Positions 1 to 7,808 of a stretch of 20,000 nt of DNA are shown one piece after another (the stretch's first letter is position 1; each line of letters opens with the position of its first letter). The position numbers and the translations under genes are program-made. The DNA is taken from positions 56,316 to 76,315 of IMG/VR virus record IMGVR_UViG_3300048625_000025; one strand, written 5' to 3'. Below the pieces are notes generated by a model that saw only the letters and a program-made list of their open reading frames with translations, was not told the origin of the DNA and searched no databases. Source of the stretch: an uncultured virus (IMG/VR IMGVR_UViG_3300048625_000025). Taxonomy: Duplodnaviria; Heunggongvirae; Uroviricota; Caudoviricetes.

Positions 1-849
1 ACTGCAAGCATTACCTCATCTGGATTCTCGCTAGCTGGCACAAGTGGCACAGGATCAGTCGCTGGCAGCGGCACGCTAACTTTTGCGAGTACCAATGGTG
101 TAACTGCAACAGCAAGTGGCAGCACTATTACTATTAATGATCCGCAAGATATTAGAACAAGTGCAAGCCCAACCTTTGCTGGTGGTGCATTTACTGGAAA
201 CGTAACCCGTTCGAGCAGACCATTGATTACCAACTTCTCTGGTAATACCGCTCCGGCAAACCCAATCCAGGGCGATGAATGGTTCCGTGGTAACACTGGT
301 ACTATGTACAAATATGTTTACGATAACGTAAGTAGCACCTACAACTGGCTAAACATCAGCAGCGCATTATTTAACGCAGCTACTACAGCAACAGCTAACA
401 CACTAGCATTGCGCGATGGATCGGCTAACTTAACAGCAGCTAACTTCATTGGTTTAGCGAGCAGCGCAAAATACGCTGACTTGGCAGAAAACTACGCAAG
501 TGATCAATCATACGAGCCTGGTACAGTGGTTGTGTTCGGCGGCGAAGAAGAAATTACAGCAACTAACTTGTCACATGACACTAGAGTAGCAGGTGTGATT
601 TCTACTAACCCAGCTTACTTAATGAACAGCGAAGCAATTGGTTTACCGGTTGCGTTTACCGGACGTGTTCCGTGTAAAGTAGTTGGTATCGTAAATAAAG
701 GTGATATTCTAGTTACATCTGGTATTCCTGGTGTAGCTCAAAGAATGGAGACTGCACTATATAAACCTGGTTGCATTATTGGTAAGGCACTAGGTGAAAA
801 CAGAACTAACAACATAGCTACTATTGAAGTAGTAGTAGGGAGATTTTAA
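1..849 (+). CDS. Tail fibre/spike protein, C-terminal part (5' truncated by window), with peptidase G2-type intramolecular-chaperone autocleavage domain
   Basis: Frame 1 is open from base 1 (TASITSSGFSLAGTSGTGSVAGSGTLTF...), so the TTG at 223 is not the start. Thr/Ser/Gly-rich beta-fibre sequence. The C-terminus has YADLAENY...VAGVISTNPAYLMN...GRVPCKV..KGDILVTS..PG...IIGKAL, typical of the peptidase G2 IMC domain. Confidence 0.8.
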   Translation, partial: TASITSSGFSLAGTSGTGSVAGSGTLTFASTNGVTATASGSTITINDPQDIRTSASPTFAGGAFTGNVTRSSRPLITNFSGNTAPANPIQGDEWFRGNTGTMYKYVYDNVSSTYNWLNISSALFNAATTATANTLALRDGSANLTAANFIGLASSAKYADLAENYASDQSYEPGTVVVFGGEEEITATNLSHDTRVAGVISTNPAYLMNSEAIGLPVAFTGRVPCKVVGIVNKGDILVTSGIPGVAQRMETALYKPGCIIGKALGENRTNNIATIEVVVGRF

Positions 850-1835
850 TGGCTTTTCCAGTAAGTCCCACAAACGGACAAACATACACAAACAACAACG
901 TCACCTACGTATATGATGCAGGTATGGGCGTATGGGATCCACAAGGTTCTGTTGCTACAGCTAGCCCTGTGCAAAGCGTTGCGGGTAGAACGGGCGCAGT
1001 TACATTAACCGCAGCAGATATTGGCGCAGGCACATTCCCTGGCGCCATTTCCATGGCAAGTACTCTTACTGTGTCAGGCGCAATAAGTGGACCCGGTACT
1101 GGGTTAACTGGCACAGCAGCTGGGTTGAGCATTGGCGGAACAGCCGCGTCAGCAACATCAGCAACTACTGCAACTAACCTAAGTGGTGGCTCAGTTAGTG
1201 CAACAACAGTTACAGCCAGTGGTGCAGTAACATCAGGTGGTAACAGCGGATTCAATAATGCAGTATACTTCAGTGGGGCCAGGAACCCAATTTGGTATTT
1301 TGGTAATGCGTCAACATACGGTATCAGTTATTTTCAAGGTACTGCGGGCATTGGTAGCGCAGACACAATTGGTATTCATCCAAACGGCACCGCTTCGGCC
1401 GCTGGGGCGACATTGGGAATTTCAACAAACGGGGTATATTCAATTGTTCCTCTTGCAGTAACTGGTGCAATTACTGCAACCACAACAGTTACAGCTTATT
1501 ATTCCGATGAACGATTGAAGACAAAGATTAGTAAGATTGAAAATGCGCTAGATAAAGTAGATCAACTAAGTGGCTTCTTGTATGTAGAAAACGATCTAGC
1601 CAGGGAACTTGGATTTAACAATACCACACAACAGGTTGCCCTAAGTGCTCAAGCTGTTCAACGAGTACAACCAGAAGCAGTGGCGTTAGCACCATTTGAC
1701 AGAGATGTAAATGGCAACAGCAAGAGTGGAGAAAACTACTTAACTGTGCAGTACGAACGACTAGTTCCTTTATTAGTAGAAGCAATTAAAGAATTGCGTC
1801 AAGAAGTAAATACAATTAAGAAACAACTCAAATAA
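849..1835 (+). CDS. Tail fibre protein with C-terminal peptidase S74 intramolecular chaperone
   Basis: TAATG overlap with the upstream gene. N-terminal MAFPVSPTNGQTY..YVYD..W module and VQSVAGRTGAVTL fibre motif. YYSDERLK cleavage-site motif followed by ...VQYERLVPLLVEAIKEL coiled coil. Confidence 0.85.
   Translation: MAFPVSPTNGQTYTNNNVTYVYDAGMGVWDPQGSVATASPVQSVAGRTGAVTLTAADIGAGTFPGAISMASTLTVSGAISGPGTGLTGTAAGLSIGGTAASATSATTATNLSGGSVSATTVTASGAVTSGGNSGFNNAVYFSGARNPIWYFGNASTYGISYFQGTAGIGSADTIGIHPNGTASAAGATLGISTNGVYSIVPLAVTGAITATTTVTAYYSDERLKTKISKIENALDKVDQLSGFLYVENDLARELGFNNTTQQVALSAQAVQRVQPEAVALAPFDRDVNGNSKSGENYLTVQYERLVPLLVEAIKELRQEVNTIKKQLK
1807..1812 (+). promoter_or_regulatory. Possible late promoter core TAAATA upstream of the Gly-rich cluster
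   Basis: gTAAATAc, 26 nt before ATG 1839. Same core as the other intergenic late motifs, but it lies inside a CDS and may be chance. Confidence 0.3.
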
Positions 1836-1838
1836 ACT

Positions 1839-2498
1839 ATGGCAGTATCAATTGACAACAGCGGACTAACATTCAGCGATGGCTCTAAACAAAACGGGTC
1901 ACCTACATCCAACAACGACTATGGTCAATTAGTCTCTATTACCACTTTTACAGCCAGCGGCACATATACTGCGCCAACTCCGTGTAGGAAACTATTGGTT
2001 AAAGTACATGGCGCAGGCGGTGGCGGCGCCGGACATTTTGAGAGCGGTGGCGCAGGCGGTTACGCAGAACGATTAATTCATGCAATAAGCCCTGGACAGA
2101 CATTTGCAGTTACAGTAGGTGGCGGTGGCGGCGGGGTTGGATATTACGCAGCAGGCGGCACAGGTGGTACCAGCAGTTTTGCGGGATTGGTTACGGCCAC
2201 TGGAGGCTACGGAGCAAACGCAAACTACAGTCATACTGGCGGACATGGCGGAACTGGTTCAGGCGGCCAAATAACAATCGCAGGCGGCGGCGGCGTGGGC
2301 CACACAAACGGATTCGGGGCATATGGCGCCCGAGGGGTTAGTGGATACTACGGTGGTGGCATGGGAACACGACATAGCGGTGGCGAACAAATTGGTCCAG
2401 GCGCACCAGGCGCGGGTGCCAGTGGCGGAACGACTAGTAACGCCGGCAGCGGCAAAACAGCAGCAGCCGGCATTATTGTAGTATATGCTTACTCTTAA
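1839..2498 (+). CDS. Glycine-rich virion protein, paralog 1 (polyglycine-II-type domain; putative fibre/adhesin component)
   Basis: FTASGTYT..P....LLVKV.GAGGGGAG...ESGGAGGYAE..VTVGGGG...GGTSSF...G.AGIIVVYAY pattern of the phage glycine-rich domain. Located directly after tail fibres. Confidence 0.75.
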   Translation: MAVSIDNSGLTFSDGSKQNGSPTSNNDYGQLVSITTFTASGTYTAPTPCRKLLVKVHGAGGGGAGHFESGGAGGYAERLIHAISPGQTFAVTVGGGGGGVGYYAAGGTGGTSSFAGLVTATGGYGANANYSHTGGHGGTGSGGQITIAGGGGVGHTNGFGAYGARGVSGYYGGGMGTRHSGGEQIGPGAPGAGASGGTTSNAGSGKTAAAGIIVVYAYS

Positions 2499-2506
2499 GG
2501 AATAAT

Positions 2507-2551
2507 ATGGCAATTACATTAGGTGCAAGCGGCATTACGTTTAGTGATGGA
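2507..2551 (+). repeat. 45-bp imperfect direct repeat, copy 1 (5' end of paralog 2)
   Basis: 41/45 identical to 3173-3217, including a 23-bp perfect core ACATTAGGTGCAAGCGGCATTAC. Confidence 0.9.
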
Positions 2552-3163
2552 TCTTCTCAAACAACAACGTACTCTGACAGAGGTCAGCCGATTAGTATTC
2601 AGATGTTTACATCAACGGGTACATATACCGTTCCGGCTAACTGTACTCGATTATTAGTGCAGGTACAAGGAGGTGGTGGCGGCAGTGCTGGCTACTGTGA
2701 AAGCGGTGGTGCTGGCGGCTACGCAGAAGGCACATACGCAGTCTCTCCGGGTGCAACATATACAGTAACAATTGGAGGTGGAGGTGGTGGCGTTGGATAT
2801 TATGCAGCGGCCGGTTCAGGTGGCACAACTAGCTTTGGGTCATTGTTGTCGGCCTCGGGTGGGCACGGGGCAAATAATAACTCCAGCCATGGCGGCGGAC
2901 ATGGCGGTAACAGCTTTGGTGGAGCACAACTGTCAACCGTTGGCGGAACAGGTGCAGGCCACGGAAATTCAGCAAGTCATGCAGCAACAGCAGGTGGTGG
3001 CGCCAGTTTCTTTGGTGGAACTGGTGTATACAATAGGGGTTCCACAACTGCAACAAATAACGGACCAGCATGGGGATCAGGCGCAACTGGTGGACGTACA
3101 AATGACGGCGGCGCCGGAACCACTGGCACAGCTGGAGTATGCGTAATAATCGCATACACATAA
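2507..3163 (+). CDS. Glycine-rich virion protein, paralog 2
   Basis: SD TAAGGA overlaps the upstream stop. Same motif series (YCESGGAGGYAE, YYAAAG, SHGGGHGG, GHGN, GGASFFGG, VIIAY). Confidence 0.75.
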   Translation: MAITLGASGITFSDGSSQTTTYSDRGQPISIQMFTSTGTYTVPANCTRLLVQVQGGGGGSAGYCESGGAGGYAEGTYAVSPGATYTVTIGGGGGGVGYYAAAGSGGTTSFGSLLSASGGHGANNNSSHGGGHGGNSFGGAQLSTVGGTGAGHGNSASHAATAGGGASFFGGTGVYNRGSTTATNNGPAWGSGATGGRTNDGGAGTTGTAGVCVIIAYT

Positions 3164-3172
3164 GGATAAAAC

Positions 3173-3217
3173 ATGGCAGTAACATTAGGTGCAAGCGGCA
3201 TTACATTTAGTAATGGA
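3173..3217 (+). repeat. 45-bp imperfect direct repeat, copy 2 (5' end of paralog 3)
   Basis: 41/45 identical to 2507-2551. Confidence 0.9.
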
Positions 3218-3892
3218 ACAACGCAGACTTCACGATTAAATGGTGGCCTCGCGCTCAACGGGTCGGACCGCGGCGATTTAATTGATATCCAGGCATTTAG
3301 GCAAAGTGGGACGTGGACTAATCCCGGCGCAACAGTAGTACATGTCAAATTAGTCGGCGGCGGCGGCGGCGGAGCCGGCTATTGCGAAAGCGGTGGCGCC
3401 GGGTGTTATGCAGAAAACGTTTTTGGCGTAAGTGGCGTAGGATCGGTTGCAGTCACAGTGGGCGGCGGCGGCAGCTATGCTGCTTACTACTCAGCAGCAG
3501 GTCAAGGCGGTACAAGCAGCTTTGGTACATATATGAGCGCTATCGGCGGATATGGGGCTAATCAACAATACAGCCACAGCGGCGGCCATGGTGGTAATAG
3601 TGCGTCGGGTCAAGCAGTGCATGTACAAGGCGGCGGAGGTTGGGGACACACCAACAGCGTTGGTCATGGATCACTTAGCTCGCTAGGCGGCGCAAGCTAT
3701 TTTGGCGGAGCACAGGCGCACATACGAAATCACAGTAACCTAGGATGGAACGTGCAACACGGTATATCCACTGGCGCCCCGGGCACCGGTGGCCCTGGCA
3801 ACGTAACAGATTGGGGATACCAGCACCCACGTGGCCACAGTGCTGGTGAATACGGACAAGCTGGATTAGTTATAGTTTACGCTTATAGATAA
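3173..3892 (+). CDS. Glycine-rich virion protein, paralog 3
   Basis: SD TAAGGA overlaps the upstream stop. Motifs YCESGGAGCYAE, YYSAAG, SHSGGHGG, GHTN, GGASYFGG, VIVYAY, plus extra His/Trp-rich loops. Confidence 0.75.
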   Translation: MAVTLGASGITFSNGTTQTSRLNGGLALNGSDRGDLIDIQAFRQSGTWTNPGATVVHVKLVGGGGGGAGYCESGGAGCYAENVFGVSGVGSVAVTVGGGGSYAAYYSAAGQGGTSSFGTYMSAIGGYGANQQYSHSGGHGGNSASGQAVHVQGGGGWGHTNSVGHGSLSSLGGASYFGGAQAHIRNHSNLGWNVQHGISTGAPGTGGPGNVTDWGYQHPRGHSAGEYGQAGLVIVYAYR

Positions 3893-3909
3893 TCAAAAGG
3901 AAAAATGAA

Positions 3910-4332
3910 ATGACATTACGAGCACTTTTACATAACACAGAACAAGGTCGAATTTGCGAAATTCGAGAAATTGGGGAAGAATTTGAAGTACACACAGATT
4001 TTCAATGGGTTGACGTCCCCGATGGAACAACCACACACGATTTATACAACGAAGATGGTACCATTACCAAATTTGATATTACTAAGCTGCCGGGTTTTGC
4101 AGAAACAGCTTACCAGGTTGCTAGAGGTATTGCATATACTCCAGTAGGAAACCAAATGGATATGCTTTTTAAAGAGCTACAGGCTACAGGTACGATAAGT
4201 AATAGTGGGCCCTGGGCAACGCACATTGCTAGTGTTAAAGCAGCGATTCCGAAAGATGATCCGCAAGCAGTATACGAGTGGAACTTGCGACATTGGGAAT
4301 CAATTCAAGCAGGTATGCAGGGCAATATTTAA
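3910..4332 (+). CDS. Hypothetical phage protein, probably a tail-fibre assembly/associated protein
   Basis: SD AAGGA at 3897-3901. The C-terminal AY.PVGNQMDMLFKE...W..HI..VK..IPK resembles a motif common in small proteins that follow fibre genes in uncultured phages. Confidence 0.55.
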   Translation: MTLRALLHNTEQGRICEIREIGEEFEVHTDFQWVDVPDGTTTHDLYNEDGTITKFDITKLPGFAETAYQVARGIAYTPVGNQMDMLFKELQATGTISNSGPWATHIASVKAAIPKDDPQAVYEWNLRHWESIQAGMQGNI

Positions 4333-4346
4333 CCCTAAGGTGATTT

Positions 4347-5573
4347 ATGGATTTCAATAAACGGTTTTCGGTCGCACATTACGATCGATTTCATGGTGAA
4401 CACGCTGGCGTATTTTATGAAACAATGAAAAATGCCGACCCAAAGTACTTGGCAAATTTGCACGATGTGTACTTTGGAAAATTCTTCTATTATGAATACA
4501 ATGGTCAACAAAAACGCTGCGGCAACCCAATGGGCGTTGAAGCAAGCGACGAGCAAATTGATTATTTGTTCAAGCTACAAGAAGAAACCGGTGTCGAAAT
4601 CAGCTTAACATTTAATACAGTTGAAGTGCCTCACGAAGTTGCTTTTGATCAATCAGTAAGAGATCAATTTGTAGAATGGATTGGCGGCTATTACGATCGC
4701 GGCCTGCGTAGTTGCACAATGAGCAGCGAACATATCCTACGCATGGGTATCCTACAACAGCGTTGCCCTGACATGCGTTGGAAAAGCACAGTGAACCAAA
4801 TTGTAGCTGACGCACAGCAGTTCATTGATTACGCATACTTGGGCTACAATACTATTCTATTAGATCGTAGTTTGAACCGTAACATCCGCGAACTAAAGCG
4901 CATCAAAAGGGCACAGGATTACTTAAACAGTCTCAATCCGCAGAAGAAGTTAATGACAAGTTTGCTGGTTGCTGAGGCTTGTATCTATCACTGCCCGTTT
5001 AAGAAAGAGCATGACAGTGTTGGTGAAGTAATTGGTACTGAGTATTTTAAAAGCATTGCAGATTTAAGTTGTAATGGCTGGAGACAACATCAAGACTTTG
5101 CAGCTCTCCCACGCAGCGGAATTAATTTAGTAGCAGGGCAAGCAGATACATTTAAAGAGTTTGCAGAGCTAGTGGATATTTTTAAATATTCAGGGCGACT
5201 AACTGCTCCAATGTTTAAACCAGAAGATGCCAAATACATGAAAGCATGTTGGTACTACGACGATGTTAACAAGTTTAAGCAAAGTATTAGCTTTGTGGGG
5301 AAAACTGTTTATGCAGACGACTTTAACGAAGTAATTGACAATAACGCAGGTCCAATGCACAACTGGATCCCTGGTTGGATTGACACTCGACATACCAAAG
5401 AAGACTTTAAAACTACCTATAAGCCGTACACAGGAATTTGGGCAACTGATCCGGGTAAACGACTGGAAAAGATTTTGCGCACATGTCGCAATCAGTGCTG
5501 GGACTGTCACGAATGTGAGCGCACATTTGGTATGCAGGATGTTGATTCTGCTCTGCAAATTAGAAAGCAATAA
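4347..5573 (+). CDS. U32-family (peptidase U32 / UbiU-TrhP-RlhA-like) Fe-S protein
   Basis: SD AAGGTGA. U32-like segments STVNQI, ILLDRSLNRNIRELKRI, AEACIYHCPFKKEH...LSC and VDIFKYSGR (cf. FKIEGR). C-terminal CRNQCWDCHEC cluster. Confidence 0.7.
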   Translation: MDFNKRFSVAHYDRFHGEHAGVFYETMKNADPKYLANLHDVYFGKFFYYEYNGQQKRCGNPMGVEASDEQIDYLFKLQEETGVEISLTFNTVEVPHEVAFDQSVRDQFVEWIGGYYDRGLRSCTMSSEHILRMGILQQRCPDMRWKSTVNQIVADAQQFIDYAYLGYNTILLDRSLNRNIRELKRIKRAQDYLNSLNPQKKLMTSLLVAEACIYHCPFKKEHDSVGEVIGTEYFKSIADLSCNGWRQHQDFAALPRSGINLVAGQADTFKEFAELVDIFKYSGRLTAPMFKPEDAKYMKACWYYDDVNKFKQSISFVGKTVYADDFNEVIDNNAGPMHNWIPGWIDTRHTKEDFKTTYKPYTGIWATDPGKRLEKILRTCRNQCWDCHECERTFGMQDVDSALQIRKQ

Positions 5574-6169
5574 TGTCTGACATACAGATCTTTGATAAAA
5601 TAATCCCACAAGGGTATGCAGATCAAATTGAATTTGATGTAACCAGTACCCCATTTCCGTGGCACTACATCAATGATGTCACTAACAAGAGCTACGGCAA
5701 TAATTCTGGCATGGTACATCTTGCGTATGACCTTGGCGCAAATCCAAGCGAGTGGTTTCCGTTCATTAAGCCAATTGTATATGCAATCACTGAAGCAGCA
5801 GGTCACACTATCGAGCAACTGTTACGCATTAGAATTGGATATCTAAGTCAAACACTCAAAGAAGGATATGATCATAATACTCCGCACGTGGACTTCACAA
5901 TGCCACACTATACTGCATGTTACTACATCAGTGATAGCGACGGAGACACAGTGATATTTGACCAAACACTTGCAGAAATACAAGAATCAAATATCACTGA
6001 GCAGGCACTTTATGATTTTGTGGCAAACAATAAATTTACTGTAGCCCAACGTTGCAGTCCAAAGAAAGGTCGTGTTTGCGTATTTGATGGTCTTAGATTC
6101 CATGCAAGCACTAAGCCAGCAGAGCATGACAGACGATTAGTAATCACAATAAACTACATAGCGAGATAA
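5573..6169 (+). CDS. 2-oxoglutarate/Fe(II)-dependent oxygenase (T4-like/cyanophage type)
   Basis: TAATG coupling. PHVD (HxD), YYISDSDGDTVIF, FDGLRFHAS (distal His) and R-LVITINY (2OG-binding Arg). Confidence 0.88.
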   Translation: MSDIQIFDKIIPQGYADQIEFDVTSTPFPWHYINDVTNKSYGNNSGMVHLAYDLGANPSEWFPFIKPIVYAITEAAGHTIEQLLRIRIGYLSQTLKEGYDHNTPHVDFTMPHYTACYYISDSDGDTVIFDQTLAEIQESNITEQALYDFVANNKFTVAQRCSPKKGRVCVFDGLRFHASTKPAEHDRRLVITINYIAR

Positions 6170-6170
6170 A

Positions 6171-7793
6171 ATGCACCATAACGTAAAATCAATTACCATC
6201 GTGGGCGGTGGATCAAGTGGATGGATGACAGCGGCGGCAATAGCCAGGCTTCTACCTAACATTAAGCTAACTCTCATTGAGAGTCCTAACATTCCTATCA
6301 TTGGTGTGGGCGAAAGTACCATCGGACATATTAATCAATATCTGGCATTAATTGGCATTAAGGACGAAGACTGGATGGCAGCATGTAATGCAACATATAA
6401 GACCAGTATCAAGTTCATTGACTTTAGAGAAAACCCAAAGGAGGAGCCGCACAAGTTTCATTATCCTTTTGGCATCTTAGATTTCACAGATAAACCTCGC
6501 GGCCCAATGGAATGGTTCCTAGCAGCAGCCGACCGTGGTAATCTTGATCCCAGCAACTTTGCAGAGTTTTATCACGACAGCATATTAATGACGGATAAGA
6601 ATAAAATGACACGAAACGAGGATTACAAAATTCGTGGGTTTAATTTTAGTGAAGACACAGCATATCACATGGATGCCACCTTATTTGGCGCATGGCTTAG
6701 AGATAATCTGTGCTTGCCGAGTGGGATGACGCACTTACTAGATACAGTAACTGATGTTGTGCAGAGAGAAGATGGATCAATTGAAAAAATTGGGACAGAG
6801 AACAGTGGATATCTAGAAGCAGACTTGTTTATTGATTGCACTGGATTTAAGAGTCTGCTATTAGAGCAAACTCTCAAAGAGCCATTCACTAGCTTCCATG
6901 ACACACTGTTAAATGACAGAGCGATTGCTACAGTCATTCCGTATATTGACAAAGAAGCAGAAATGGAAAACTATACATCATGCACTGCTATTGAGTGCGG
7001 ATGGGTATGGAACATTCCGCTATGGAATCGCATCGGCACAGGCTATGTGTACAGCAGCAAACATGCCACTGAAGAAGAAGCAGAAGCGCAGTTTCGCAAA
7101 CATCTAAAGAGCAATCGCATGATGTTTCCGGACGCAGAGCGAGCAGAATCATGCGAAGTGCGACACATTAAGATCAAGCACGGTGTTCATGAGCGTGCAT
7201 GGGTTAAAAACGTAGTGGGCATCGGTCTTGCTAATGGCTTCATTGAGCCACTGGAAAGTACAGGACTGATGCTAACACACGAAGGCATTGTTAAATTATG
7301 CAATACTCTGTTAATGCGTAACGGCATTGTTAGTAACTACGATGTTGATTTGTTTAACTATGGATTCCAAGAACAGATTCTAGGATTCAAAGACTTTATT
7401 AGTCAGCACTATGCACTAAGCTGTCGTAACGATACTCCGTACTGGAAAGAAGTTACAGGCGATTTAACGTATTCACGAGCGATGGGCGGGACTATTAACT
7501 TGTCTGGATTGGCACACGATGTACGATCTGCATCTGACTTGGGTATGCGTATGCACCGCACTCGAACATTTGATAACAACATGGGCGGGATTTTGTATAT
7601 TGCAGCAGGGCAGGGATACAATCCCGTGGAGCCAAATTATATAAGATATGAGGATGTGAGACGTCACGAGTCGCCTGAACTTCGAGCCACAATCTACGAT
7701 AAGTGGCTAGAGCACAAAGAAGAAGTAATGGCACATATTGAGACATTGCCTACTCACTACCAATTCTTGTACGATAACTTCTATAGCAAGTAA
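6171..7793 (+). CDS. Flavin-dependent halogenase, tryptophan halogenase (PrnA/RebH/VirX1) family
   Basis: IVGGGSSGW FAD motif, GVGEST, CNATYK (position of PrnA catalytic Lys79), FIDCTGF, WVWNIP (WxWxIP) and FIEPLESTG (catalytic Glu / halide site). Confidence 0.93.
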   Translation: MHHNVKSITIVGGGSSGWMTAAAIARLLPNIKLTLIESPNIPIIGVGESTIGHINQYLALIGIKDEDWMAACNATYKTSIKFIDFRENPKEEPHKFHYPFGILDFTDKPRGPMEWFLAAADRGNLDPSNFAEFYHDSILMTDKNKMTRNEDYKIRGFNFSEDTAYHMDATLFGAWLRDNLCLPSGMTHLLDTVTDVVQREDGSIEKIGTENSGYLEADLFIDCTGFKSLLLEQTLKEPFTSFHDTLLNDRAIATVIPYIDKEAEMENYTSCTAIECGWVWNIPLWNRIGTGYVYSSKHATEEEAEAQFRKHLKSNRMMFPDAERAESCEVRHIKIKHGVHERAWVKNVVGIGLANGFIEPLESTGLMLTHEGIVKLCNTLLMRNGIVSNYDVDLFNYGFQEQILGFKDFISQHYALSCRNDTPYWKEVTGDLTYSRAMGGTINLSGLAHDVRSASDLGMRMHRTRTFDNNMGGILYIAAGQGYNPVEPNYIRYEDVRRHESPELRATIYDKWLEHKEEVMAHIETLPTHYQFLYDNFYSK

Positions 7794-7797
7794 AGCA

Positions 7798-7804
7798 ATA
7801 AATA
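7798..7804 (+). promoter_or_regulatory. Late promoter-like motif ATAAATA, 4 nt before ATG
   Basis: Intergenic. Resembles the T4 gp55 late consensus TATAAATA. No SD before ATG 7809. Confidence 0.65.
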
Positions 7805-7808
7805 CGGT

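Noticed and set aside
2507..3217. Repeat pair as a DGR template/variable region
   Set aside because: Both copies are gene 5' ends, the mismatches are not all at adenines of one copy, and no reverse transcriptase is in the window.
3356..3370. (GGC)5 microsatellite as a phase-variation tract
   Set aside because: An in-frame triplet run explained by poly-Gly coding. Slippage would not shift the frame.
3905..3913. Micro-ORF ATG AAA TGA overlapping the 3910 start
   Set aside because: Only two codons, and the SD spacing suits ATG 3910. Probably chance.
5484..5516. CxxxCxxC as a radical SAM motif
   Set aside because: It lies at the extreme C-terminus with a fourth Cys, rather than near the start of the barrel. 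The rest of the protein fits U32 motifs.
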